Shown here: positions 22,321-34,900 of the stretch, piece by piece
Layout of the letters: every line of letters starts with the position of its first letter
Numbering within the stretch: position 1 is the stretch's first letter
DNA from: Gracilinanus agilis
Lineage: Eukaryota
Direction: 5' to 3'
Assembly: GCF_016433145.1 (NCBI RefSeq)
Contig: NC_058131.1
Location: 160,041,522 to 160,105,406, forward strand
DNA length: 63,885 bases
Program-made: the position numbers and the translations under genes
Notes under the pieces: model-generated
Seen by the model: only the letters and a program-made list of their open reading frames with translations
Told to the model about the DNA's origin: nothing
The model's database searches: none

Positions 22321-25300
22321 TAGGTTTTTTTTTTTTTTTTTTTTTTTAACCCCTTACCTTCCGTCTTAGAATCAATATTATGTATTGGTTCCAAGGCAGA
22401 AGAGTGCTAAGGGCCTAGGCAGTGGGGGTTAAGTGACTCGTTCAAGGTCATACAGCTAGGAAGCGGCTGAGTCCAGATTTGAACCTCCCATCTCAAGGCC
22501 TGGCTCTCAATCCACTGAACCACCTAGCCTGCCCCTACTTTTAGTTATGTGGAGCCCTTTGTTAGAAGCGCCTTCGTCTTCTTCAGTAAGACAGATTCGG
22601 ATGAGAAATCCTTGGCTGGCTTGGCTAACTGGCTCTTATGCCCTGTATCCTATTCTCTCTCATCCTCTTTGGCAGGTTGCTCCTACAATGAACTACCCGC
22701 CCGTATTTTTAATTTCTTTTTCCTTACTGGTTAATCTGCTACCTGCAGACATGCCAGTTTCCCTCAATCCTTCAACCAAGAGGTTCACGGGTGGGTTTTT
22801 GAAAAATATACATTTTGATGACCATTTAATTTTTTTTTCCTTTGTAATCCTATATATTTCATTTTGTGTATTTAAAACATTCTGAAAAAGAGGCTCTTGG
22901 CTGCACCACATGGTCAAGGCCGCCTGTGACCTTATTATAAAGAAACAGGGGATGTAGGTTGAAACTCCACTGTCACACACTATATGTGTGACTGAGGCAA
23001 GTCATGACCTTTCTAGACTATTACTTCCAGGTTCTCTAAAATTGAGTGATGGTTTCTGAGGTTTTCAAATCTGGGTCTATGATCCTGTGACTTCTGAACA
23101 TTTAACATTGGATATTCCATAGGTTTCTCAAATTTCAGCATGTCCAAAATAGAACTTTTTTATTCCCCTTCTTCTGGATTACCTTGTTAGGGAGTACCAC
23201 TATCTTCTGAGTCCTTGCTCTCATCTATGCTTTCTCTCCAGTCAGTTGCCTAATCTTACATTTCTATTTTCAATGCCTCCTCCTGTCTGCTCCCTTCTCA
23301 TCACTCAAGTAGCCCCACACTGGTAAGGTCTTCTTTACCTCTGGCCTAGACTTCTAGCCTTCCAAATGGTCTCTTTACTTCAAAGCCTTTCCTTACGCAA
23401 ATTCATCTTCCAAAGAACTGCCAAAGCAGATCTGACCACTGTCACTCACTTTTGGGGCTGAATATAAACTTTTAGACATTAACAGTTTTCCCCAACAAAA
23501 TGACCCCACCCTATCTTTCCAGGATTATTATAAACCTTTGTAGCTGTCTTACATTTCTGCAAATCATTCCTTTCTCATTTCCACCTCTTAGAATTCCTGC
23601 CCTATCATCCTTCAAGGTTTAGCTTAAGTATTTACTACGATTCCTTTCCTAATCTTTCTGACTGCTAAGTTTCCTTGCTCACTCTTATCAAATTTTCTTT
23701 TGCCATATAATCTTCTAAAGGGTAGGCTCTCTTTCCCTTTTCTCTTTTTATAACCAGCATCCAGTAGTGCCCAGCTTGTAGTAGGTAAGCCATCCAACCT
23801 CCTAAGACTCCCAGGCAATTCTTCAGACTAAATTTCTTAAATGGTACTGACCTGCATTGATGTCTTATGCCATCTAATATAGGGGAGCCAAAGTTAAGGA
23901 GTTATATCCTGGCTCCATGTGAGACGACATTGACCTTGATAGGAAAGAATTGTTAAGTGGAGAATAGGATAATGCTTGCTAGATCTTGGCCTCATTTGGC
24001 ATGGCTCTTAAGAACTGGACATCAAGATAAGACACTGGAGGATAAGAATACTTTAATAATGATTATTTATGATACATTGTTTTTGTAGCATACTTTTAGA
24101 TCATTGTTACATCTTGCCTTGACTTAGCATTAGTCTTATAATTGGTCTCTGGCTTTATGCTCCTGCTTCTAATCAACCCTGTATGTTATTTGCCAGTTAA
24201 TCTTTTAGTTGTAAACCTTCAGTTTACTTATTGCCTATTGAATAAAGTCCAAATTCCTTAGCCTGGCATTCAAGGCTTTCCATAGACTGACTCCAACATA
24301 CCTGTATAGGCTTAACTTTTATGTTTCCTTCTTGAATCCTGCCAGACACCATTCCCTGAATTTTTTTTTCCACTTGTGCATTTGTGACTTTTACTCTTAA
24401 GAATGCTTCTACCTTAAGTTTCATCCATGAAATCATTATCTATCCTTGGAGGCCTAACTTGAGTTTTCCTTCTACTAAGCTTTTCTTCATCTCTTTTTCA
24501 TAGTAATATGTACCCAATGAATAACACTTAAAATACCTTGTATACAGTAGGTATTATAGAACTTATAAATACAAATAACTTTTTAAAAGGAGAACATCTT
24601 AGTTTTTATTGTGTGTTACCATTTTATAGTTGAAGGACTGAAAGCACACAAGCAAATCAGTCTTAAGAGTTTAGGAATAGGCAAATAACCAATCAGACTC
24701 TAGTCAATACTCTTAGTATGTATGCTCATTCTTAAAAGCTGGTTGTCCATGGCTATCCCCAACAGCATCTCCCCCAGCTGTTATAGCAATTTAATTGGTG
24801 AGACTCGTAGTCCTAGCCTAGTTAACCTAGAGGTGTCATAGCTTGGGGTTGTCATTCTAAAGGGTGTGTGTCGTAGATAACATTCTAGTCAGTTACTTTT
24901 GAATTCTTGTGAGTTTTTTTGCCAGAATGGCAGCGTTTCATTTTCCTCCCTCCTGGCTTTCCCAGTGCTCCCTTCAGCTCAGACCACTTGTTCTTTTGTG
25001 CTAAGCCAGCAGCAATGTTGAGAGATGACTTGTCTTTCTTTGTTACAGCCCAATATTGAGATGGTTTGGGCCATGAAGGCTATGCAGCATGCTGAGGTTT
25101 ATTACAATGTGAGTCTTTATTTCAACTATTCAGATAGAATTGAAGAGACCTTTCATGGTGTCAAACATTTTATTGTACCCTAGCTTCTGGGAGGTTGGGG
25201 TGGCATTCGTCCTAGAGCTTAAAAGAGCAGAAAAAAATTAAGGAGAACTTGGTTGGCACAGGGAAAGAACTGTCATTTTATTTCTCTCATTCTTTCTCAG

Positions 25301-26851
25301 TTTAGATGACTAACAAAAAAGCTTTTTAATTCCTAGGAGACAGTGGTACAGAAGAAAGAGTGCTAGATTGGGGGAGAAAATACAAGTTCAAGTCCAAGTC
25401 CAACTTACAACTTGTGGGATCTTGGGAAAATCAGTTTCCTCTTCTACTAAACAAAGGGCTTGGACTAAATGATCTGATGTCCCTTCTCCACTCCAGATCT
25501 AGGATTATGCAGTGGAAATAAAGAATAGACCATGCTTAAGGGGACTAGAATGTTCTTTATAATAATGCTATCTATAATCATGCCTATGAACTAGACATGT
25601 TTATTTCCTTCCCTATTTTCTGGCAGTTGATTTCTTCAGTTGACCCCTTGTTCTTAAGACTCACTAAAGTGGATGACCAGATCTATTCAGAGTTCCGGGA
25701 GAACTTTGGGAAACTCAAGATAGATGTGTTGGACCCTGAAGAGCTCAAATCAGAACCAGCTAAAGAAGTAAGGAGGATCTTAATAGGCATTGAATTAAAA
25801 TTGTGGTGTGTGGACTTAAATAACTGCAAATATTACCTATTTTTAGTGACAATGAACACTTTGAAAAAGACAAAATTCCTGAGGGCCCAGTGTCCAGTAC
25901 TTTTTCCTTAACTGGGTCTCTGTATCTTGATCAACCTGAAAGTGCAGTGGTTATTCATGGGTTTAGCCCCACGTTGATATGGAAACTTTGCCCTGCTATC
26001 CTGGGCTATTTGTCCCTCTTTAGGCAATCTCTTCTCTGGAACTCCCCCTATTGGTGCTTTAGTGCAGATATTTGATCTTTTCAACTCCCAGAAGCATTCT
26101 TTCAGAATTCCCCAGAATTAAGTATTCCCTCTGAATACTACCATGCCCATAACTTTAGGGCTAGGAACATCAATTGATAAAAACAACAACAACCTTTGTA
26201 ACCTGTTTCCTTTGCCATATGGATAGAACAGCTTCAGACCTCTTAGGTATTATTAAAACCCTGTCCTGTCAGTGAATAGTAATTTCAATCCTGGTGTATG
26301 GCATTAAGCTTGTTCCTCTACTAGAGATTGGATTTGTGTAGGGCCACAGTAGATAGGTATGTTGATTTTTCTAGTGTGGGCTTTGTTTCTTCAGAAGTGG
26401 AGACCTTTTTGCATGAAGTTCAATGGTATTGTGGAAGATTACAACTATGGTACATTGCTGCGACTGGACTGTACTCAAGGGTATAGTGAAGAAAACACTA
26501 TCTTTGGTGAGTATGACACATAATTTTTTTTTCCTGTGGATTTCTCTTATTTGAAAAACTACTGTTTATATATGAAGTATTTGATTATCAGGATTTTTAC
26601 TAGGACCTAAAACCTAAAACTCCTTTATCCCTTAAGGCCTTTGCCATTTTGTGGGTGGAAGAGAGGAAGTTTTCTTGTCCTCTATCAGAAGAAAGGGAAA
26701 TCTGACACTTAACTCTCTTTGCTTTCCAGCTACTAGGATACAGTTTTTTGCTATTGAAATAGCTCGGAACCGGGAAGGTTATAATAGAGCTGTTTACAAT
26801 AGTGCTCAGCAGAATGGAGCAGCAGAAAAAGACAGTCTCACGTCCAGGTAA
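21988..26851 (+). CDS. PBDC1: Polysaccharide biosynthesis domain-containing protein 1 (CXorf26 ortholog), 179 aa. CDS exons 21988-22026, 22104-22169, 25049-25108, 25627-25767, 26395-26506, 26730-26851
   Basis: Translation ...AHALSLPAEAYGND/PNIEMVWAMKAMQHAEVYYN/LISSVDPLFLRLTKVDDQIYSEFRENF...DVLDPEELKSEPAKE/KWRPFCMKFNGIVEDYNYGTLLRLDC.../ATRIQFFAIEIARNREGYN matches the PBDC1 family. GT-AG introns, 540 nt in frame, preceded by a CpG-island promoter. Confidence 0.95.
22326..22535 (-). mobile_element. SINE1_Mdo-like SINE, antisense in PBDC1 intron 2
   Basis: Long T run followed by aaccccttaccttccgtcttagaatcaat...ctctcaatccactgaaccacctag. Confidence 0.9.
22990..23790 (+). mobile_element. Decayed L2 LINE 3' fragment (with a MIR piece at its 5' side)
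   Basis: tccaaaatagaact...ctgccaaagcagatctgacc...gtagtgcccagc..gtagtaggt pattern typical of the L2 3' end. Confidence 0.55.
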
Positions 26852-27014
26852 AGAATGTAGGAGCTACTGGCATTTCAGATCACTGAATCTAATGTCCAAG
26901 AGTACTTGCAGGAACCTTTGTGGATTAAAAAGGGATCATCATTTGGCATCTGCTCCATGTGGTTTCCTGATTCGGACCATCAGAGGTGTCGATCAAACTT
27001 TTCAAGGAACAATC

Positions 27015-27020
27015 AATAAA
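27015..27020 (+). terminator. PBDC1 proximal polyadenylation signal AATAAA
   Basis: First AATAAA after the PBDC1 stop codon (about 165 nt downstream), followed by TGTG/TTGTG elements. Confidence 0.65.
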
Positions 27021-27389
27021 AAATGTGATCTTGTGACAAGTATGGATACTTAAGAAAGTATACAAAAATATAAGACATTTGTTGGGTGTTTATGACCTTT
27101 GTATGGGAATTTTTTTATAAAAAGGACTTTATATTTTGCCCTTCCTGGATCTTTCTCAATGTTCTCAGAAGAGTTCCTGAAATGTACAGGTTCATGAATT
27201 GCTCTTAACTCTAGGGCAATTATCTTAACAGCTGTCAACTTTGCTATCATCTCTTGTACATTTGTGGATTAACATAATTTTTATACTTCCTGTACCATTT
27301 AGAAATAGGTTTGGATACAATGGTATGCCAACTGTTGGCATTATACTATTCATATGCCATGGCTAGAACACTTAAAACAACTGGTTGAG

Positions 27390-27395
27390 AATAAA
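27390..27395 (+). terminator. Candidate PBDC1 distal polyadenylation signal AATAAA
   Basis: AATAAA followed 20 nt later by a U-rich tract (TTTATTGG), facing the XPO7 signal. Confidence 0.5.
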
Positions 27396-28975
27396 TTCAG
27401 TAGAAACCATTGAAGTTTATTGGCGGTCACAATGCTTACACTGTATGCAGCAAACACCCTTACAAGTCAACCGTCAATCTGATCACGCAAGAAAGGACCC
27501 AACACACAATCGCCAGAGGAAAGAACAAAAAAATAAAATAAAAAAAAAAAAAACAAAAACACAAAACCAAAAACAAAAACAAAACAACAAAACAAAACAA
27601 ACAGGGTTGGGGATGGGGGGTGGGGGTGGGTGAGGGAAAAGAAATGAAAATTAAACCTAATTGATGTATCCCGTGGGCAAGAGCTGAACTAGAGATGCAC
27701 ACAACTAGCAGCAACAATTGTGGGAAAGGTTCAAGGCAAACAGCTTTCTATTTCTCCATAGGTAATTTCTTTTGTTTTTATTCTTAAAAACAGTAACTTG
27801 GGTGGCTTTTTTTTTTTTTAAACAAAAAAAAATTTTTTTTAAAAAGGGGCGGAAGGAGAAGGATGTTAAATATTTCATGCTAGGCAGACCTTGTTATTAA
27901 GAACCCCCTCCATTGTGGTAACTTTCTCCAGCTCATACATTCATGAGTGCAGGGTATATATAGATATATATAAATATCCACACACATACATACATACACA
28001 CAACACACTCGCTCTCTCTGCCTCAAGGGCTGGGGAAGACTAAAAGAGTTATTGGCCACAGGAACTTGGCTGGAAGTCGCCATGTTCAGAGCTGTTCTGC
28101 CCCAGGGTAATTAGCTTTTAATGCCAGCTCCTGTGTCTCCATGTTAAGAGACCCAAGAAATCATTTAACATACAGTTAAAATCACACTGCCTTAGAGCAA
28201 GAGGCCTCTGTCCAGGGAAATGGGAGGGAACAAGATCAAACACTTTAGCTGGAGTATCTGTCAGTGGCCAGGGGGACTCAAGGACATAGTGAAGGAGGGA
28301 TGGTGCTTGGTTGGACATGGCTTAGAGTTCCTAATAACAAGGGTTAAGACAGTAACAGGAAGTGGTAGTTTCAGGGAGAAGTGAAGGGACGGACAATAAG
28401 AAAAAATATACATTTGGAATTACTTTTTTTTTGCCTCTCTCTACACTTGTCACTAAATATATCTCTGCACTTTCACACACCCTCATCCAGTAAAGCTTCA
28501 GGCCACCAGAATACACATTTTCGTCACTCGCATACACAACCCCTCACTTCAGCATTGGTGCACTAGACTCTGTAAAAATTTTTCAATCACACTTTTTTTT
28601 AAACTTGAGTCAATATAAACCTTGTTCAAAATGTTATGAAAAAATGTACATGTTTATACAAGGCAGGTTGTGTCAGGACGCTGGGGTTCTTCCCCTCCAC
28701 CAGGAAGAGGGGGCTGGATGCTCACACCTTCCTGCTTACTATCCCCACTTCCCCCAACCCCACCCCACCTCCCAGGAACCAGCAGTGCCCTGCCCCCCTG
28801 GTGAGCACAGGCTCACACCCCTTCTTCCCTGGGAAAACAGCCAAACTGACCTTTGTAATTCCCCCCCAAGAGGGAGGAGCAAGGGTCAGCCATACCCTCT
28901 CCCCCTCAGAATTGTTCAACCCTCTGGGCCAGACCAAAGGGACACTGCTCTGTACAGGTGGAATCTGGTACAGTG
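27395..28975 (-). other. XPO7: XPO7 3' UTR (~1.6 kb; distal end approximate)
   Basis: Runs from the stop codon at 28976 to the minus-strand AATAAA at 27421-27416, with no recognisable transposon fragments. Confidence 0.8.
27416..27421 (-). terminator. XPO7 polyadenylation signal AATAAA
   Basis: Plus strand TTTATT at the end of the XPO7 3' UTR, with a U-rich element downstream on the minus strand. Confidence 0.8.
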
Positions 28976-31900
28976 TCAGCTCATCATATCATTGCTATTC
29001 ACGCCATAGGTGGAATTTTTCATGGAGTCATTGACTTCCCGACGAAATGCTGACAAGTTCTGGGTGAACCTGCAGAGAAAGGTCACATGGGTTATAGGTG
29101 GAAGGGGTATCTTATGAAATTTTTTTCCTTTTTCAGCAAAAAGTGCTGCCTTTCCAAACAAGATGAAGGACATTGACCATATGAAGTTTCCCCTGATTGA
29201 AGGCTCTGTAGCAAGTTTAACTAGGATTCTAGTTAAGTCTCAGGGCAATAATAAAGAAGAAAATTTATAAGCGAAGCTGGGTAAAATTCATAAAGGCCAT
29301 TTTTAGTTAGAACTCAAAATCTTGGGAATCTCCCAACATTCTCATTTTACTAAATAAACAAGCTTAATAAAAAAAACCCAAGGTCACACAGAGCTTAATT
29401 AGAGAACTAAGAAAAGCTCATAGGCTTTAGCTTCCAGAGATATTTCCACAGCAACACATGGGCTTCCATCAGATAAGCAGGGTACTTATCCAGCATTCAT
29501 GATAAAGAAAAGGGGTTAGCTGAGATGTGAGGCTGGATAAAGTAATGCTATCTATATATCAGTACCAAAAAATCTCATTTTCCCAAAGACAATAACATTT
29601 TGAGTAGTGAATGGCTCTTATATGGGAAGTAAATCAATCCTATACTGGTAATGCCATTTTAAAAAATACCATCACCATGTACTTACCTATCTCTGTTTTT
29701 TGTCAGAAGATTTCGCTCAATGCCTTCCATCAGATTCTCAAAACACAGGTGCATTGCCTGCTGTTTTTCAGGGGGCTGGCTGTTCACTATACTGTTCCTC
29801 AAGTCTGAGAAATACTGTTAAAGTGGAAAAGATTCGCATTCATTATCCAGCCACTGGGAAAAAAAAGTATTTGCTAGGCAAAAATAAAAACAAAGTCTTT
29901 GTTCTCTTGGAATTCAGTCTAAAGCTATGAAACACACTAAAACATGGGTAAGGGCATGAGAGGAAATGCCATTCAAGTTCTAAGTGTAGTCCAAAACATG
30001 AAGAGCATATGTTCTAGGCACTGCGCTAAGCACTGGGGATAGAAAGAAAGGAAAAGACAGGCCCTACCAGAGGAGCTCACAATCTAATGGGGAGGTAAAC
30101 ATACAAACTATATACAGGATAAATTTGAAATAGGTAATAACAAATCCAACTCTTTTTTCCCTGAGATACCTGTGACCATCAATTTAGAAAAAAGTTCCCC
30201 CCTTCCCCAAGTCTGATAGGAACCTCGGCATTCACATGCTTTTAACAGTAACAGAAAGAAAACTTTCAATTCTGAAAGACTAGTTCCCCAGGCTGTCTTT
30301 GCTAGGACCCAATGTGCAATGAGCAAATTCTAGAAAATTAGGCCATTGGTTAGATCAGGTACTCATCTTGGGGCCTACAAAAGAGACTTCAGGCAGTCTC
30401 TGAATTTGGAGGAGGGGAAAAAACATCTTAATTTCAACATATCTGGATTCCTTTCTAATTTTATGAATTTAAGAACACTTGGAGAAGAGAACCATAAGCT
30501 TCACAAAGACTGCTAGAAGGGACCCTATCACAGAAAAGGCTTTAATAAGCATCTTTAGTTTTAGGATTGGATCATGCCCTTATCATACAATTCGTAGAAT
30601 TAAAAGAGATGGAAACAGAGGAGGAGGTAGTCATTGTAGGTACAAGGAACAATAGAAGGACGGCAGAACTAAAGTGCCGTGTGTGCTTGTACACACACAG
30701 TAGAATTTGTTGGAGTCCAGACTTTATTTGGTAGGTAATGAGCCAATTGAATGCTTTTAAACACAAAAAAACACAGATCTGTGAAAAAAATCAATCTGGC
30801 AGTGCTGTGGAGGCAGCAACTGGGCTGGAGTAATCCAGGAAGGGTCTTTGTCTTTTCTTTCTCTGTCTCTCTTTGCATTTCATGTAGTTTCTGTGGGGTA
30901 ATTTCTCTAAAATCATGGTGCCTGACGTTCTTACCTTTTCATTAAGTAATATCAAACCAAGTAGAGGTCTGGACATGGACCACTGGTTCCGACAATCCTC
31001 AAAAATGATAATATTCAGCACCGTTGACAGCATCTGGAAGTAACAAGAACCAAGAATCTAAAGAGGTTTCCTTAGCTTGATAAGTAGCTTGTGAGGTTCA
31101 GCTATTCAGAACCTATTCAGTACCCTGTCTATAAACTCTGTGACCACAGAATGTGATGTTGGCAAATGGAACTTTTTTGTTTTTCTGTGGATTTATTTTT
31201 GGTAGGTGGGGGTTGGTGGTGACACCAAAAAGCCTCACTTCTAATATAATTTCATCTTTATAACATTTCTGGAGGCACAAATTATCTCTATATTAATGGA
31301 ATTTTTAGCTCAATTGATTAGAATATCATGATCATAAGGTCAAGGTTTTGTATTTGATCTATGCGGTCCAAATATATTCACACTGTCTAACTGACTGGCC
31401 ATTCTGTAAAATATGTATGCAGATCAAAGAACAGATTAAATTGTGGATTGATCAAATATGAAGTAAATTTAAGAAATAAAGATATATTAATAGAAGTGTA
31501 TAAATATAGGATAAATAATTTGTTTCTACTATTCTTTAAATTTTAAGACCCCAAAATAATGAATGGGGCTCAACTCTGCAAAAGGACAAGATAAACAAGG
31601 GCATGGGTGGTAGAATTTGTATACCAGAACTGTGATTCTAAGATTAAGTCCCAGACTTATATATAACAACTATTTTGTTAAAATGATACCGACTTAACCT
31701 TCACAATTAGGGCCATTAGATGTCAAGCATTTTGTATGGACATTCCCAGAAGTAGCTCTTATGCTGGAATTCAATTCTCTGGGCTTACCTTCAAAAGTTG
31801 CTTACCTGTTGGATCATTTCTGGATGCTGCTGCATAATGTGCAGGAAACGGTCACTTTCCTGGGACAGGGGTGTTGTCCTCTTCTTGGTGCTACGTGATA

Positions 31901-34900
31901 GCTGCTTGAAGAGGTATGTCACAATGTGGTCCAGACAGGAGCAGCAGCCTGTGCATACCATGGTGTCTAGGAAAAGAAATGAGAGGAATGGAGCTGAGGT
32001 GCTATTGACTCAAATCCATGGGCAGAGAGATTCCTTGTGCTTAACAACTGACAGCAGAAGTGATTTACAACTCCAATGTAGTCAAGTAACCAACCCTAAA
32101 TATATCTATCAGATTTATACTATACTAAGTATATACTAAGTTCTATACTAAGTACTTTGTGGAAATGAGAAAGTATTACAAAATAGAATTAATACAGTGA
32201 ATTCCTATACAAATTTATCTAATAATAAATTCTGCCACATGTTTACTTTTGGTTTTCCTCTGGAGAATTCTGAACACTAAAGGATTTAGATAACATAAAA
32301 TCACCTTTAACAGAAAATTTTCAGATTATTATTATTATTATTTTTTTAAACCCTTGTACTTCGGTGTATTGTCTCATAGGTGGAAGATTGGTAAGGGTGG
32401 GCAATGGGGGTCAAGTGACTTGCCCAGGGTCACACAGCTGGGAAGTGGCTGAGGCCATTTGAACCTAGGATCTCCCGTCTCTAGGCCTGACTCTCACTCC
32501 ACTGAGCTACCCAGCTGCCCCCTTAGAAGAATGGTGAGAACTAGGCACTGGGGATTAAGTGACTTGCCCAGGGGCACACAGCCAGAAAGTGTCTGAGGCA
32601 AGATCTGAACCTAGGATCTCCCAACTCCAGGACTGGCTCTCTATCCACTGAGCCATTTAGCTACCCCCAGATTATTTTATCCATTTTATTTTGTATTACC
32701 CATACCTTCTGTCTTAGAACCAATACTAAGTATCAATCCCAAGGCAGAAGAGCAGAAGCCCAGGCAATTGGGATTAAGGGACTTGCTCAATCACATAGCT
32801 AGCAAGTATCTAAGGCCACATTTGAATTTGGGATCGACTATCTCTCCAGGCCTGGCACTCTATCCAACGAGACACTTAGCTGCCTATTTTGTTCATTTTA
32901 AAGAAGGGGAAAATATAGTACAACTCAATTAGTAAGTTAAGGAGTCACTGGTCAAGAATCAGTACCCTTTTTTCTATGATGCTCTTAGTTTCCAAAAATA
33001 TACTAAAATTGGTTGTGGGCCAAGTAAATATTTAACTACCTTCTTTGGATAGTTTAAAAATTAAACTGAACCAGACATCATGTGCAACAAGATAAATGAA
33101 AATAAGGGTGCAGACAGAGAGGACACCAAATATTATATATTCAAAAAAATCATTCCTGTATCTTGGAATGAAAATCTGCCATATAAGCACATTAAATGTT
33201 AGAGGAATTGATTTCCATTCCCATTTGTGTTTTGTTCAATGAGAAGATTCAAGGTAAAAAAGCCGAAGGTCCACTAAATGATAGCCTAAGCCAGTATTAC
33301 AAAGGGTGAAAGCTCAAGTTTTGTTGGATTCAAAATACTGTTACTGTACTAGAGTTTTCTGCTTTGAGGTGTGTGTACATAAATCCATATATAGCAACAG
33401 GATTACTCTTTCAAACACTTGATTCTTCTTTGTTCAGTCACCATGAAACTTTGTACTTTACAAGTTTAAGTGTTTTCTACTCTCCAAGAGGGGTTACTAA
33501 ATGCTCCATTATACTATCATCATACAAGTTGGGGTTGGAATGAAGAACATGTGCACTCTTATTGAGAGACCCCCAGGTACATACCTAGTGCAGTGAGTCC
33601 TTCAGAAATGGAAGAAAGAATATACATGATAACATGGGGTTCCAGGCTGGCAATAAAGTTCATATGGTCCTGGGTGAGGACTTCCAGTAACGAATAATAG
33701 GACTGACTGAGCTTAGGGTAATCCTGTAGGCAAATAGAAAAGTAAAAGTCAACTGAGGACAATGAATAACTTCAATAAGGTAGCAGAATACAAAATCACC
33801 AACCTTTCTATAGTAATAAAATTAAGGAAAAAGAGCCAGAATAGAAAAAATTCAATTTAAAATAAATTCTAAATGCACAAAATACCTGAAAGTTAATATA
33901 CAGAAACGAAGGCATGACTAACAATAGCTAATTTAAAACGATATTACAAAGCAGCAATAATATAGAAAACTTATTTGTTTTTTTTTAATTATAATTATTT
34001 TTTTTAAATTAGTGCAAGAAAGTAGAAAGGCTGAGAAGCAAAGTTGCTCATTTTTAAAAAAATAAGTAAGATAAACCCAAGAAGAAGATGAAGTACTGGG
34101 TAAAAGAGTCCCTATTTGACAAGAACTACTGGGAGAATGGGGTAAGTGGTTTGGCAGGAAAAAATAGGTATAGTTCAAGCATATAAAAACACATACCATA
34201 ATGCACCAATTAAAACATATTTATTAAGAACTCTAAATGGTTTATGACATTAAAAAAAATTAGGAGACTGGAACTGCAGAGTTAGGGGAAGAAATCATAA
34301 CCAAATGCTGAAGAGAAGTAGTCACAAATGACAGAAAAGGCATTTAAAAAAAATTATACAGGAAGTTGACAAATAGAAAAACATTTCTGCATTAAACATC
34401 TCCAATAAAGCCTGACAATCTAAGATATATAGGGAAATGACATGGCTATATTAAGAGTGACTCTAAAAAATAAGTATGTAAAAGTTATTAACAGATTTCA
34501 AAATAAGAAATGCAAATTATTAACAGCTATATATAAAAAAAAGTAGGTAGGTGACTCAGTGGATAGTGTCAGATATGGAGTCAGGAATCTTTTCAAGTTC
34601 ATATCTTGTCTCAGACAATAGCTCAGTGACTGTGGACAAATCACTTAATACTGTTGACCTCTGTTTCCTCATCTATAAAATGAACTGGTGAAGGAAATAG
34701 CTAGTATCTATGCCAACAAAACTCCAAATGGGGTCAAGATGAGACAGACATGACTCAGAAATGGCTGAACAGCAATATGAAAAAAACCCCTCCAAATCAC
34801 TATTAGAGAATTGTTAAGTAAAAAAAAAAAAAAAAAAAAAAAATTCAAACAAGTTTCACCTCACATTCATTTAAAATTGCAAAGGCAACAAAAGACAGAA

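Noticed and set aside
21988-26851. PBDC1 copy as a retrocopy or pseudogene
   Set aside because: It has five canonical introns, an intact frame and a CpG-island promoter.
32121-32153. Three TATACTAAGT units as a CRISPR-like or functional array
   Set aside because: 10-bp units with 1-2 nt spacers: a simple intronic slippage repeat in a eukaryotic genome.
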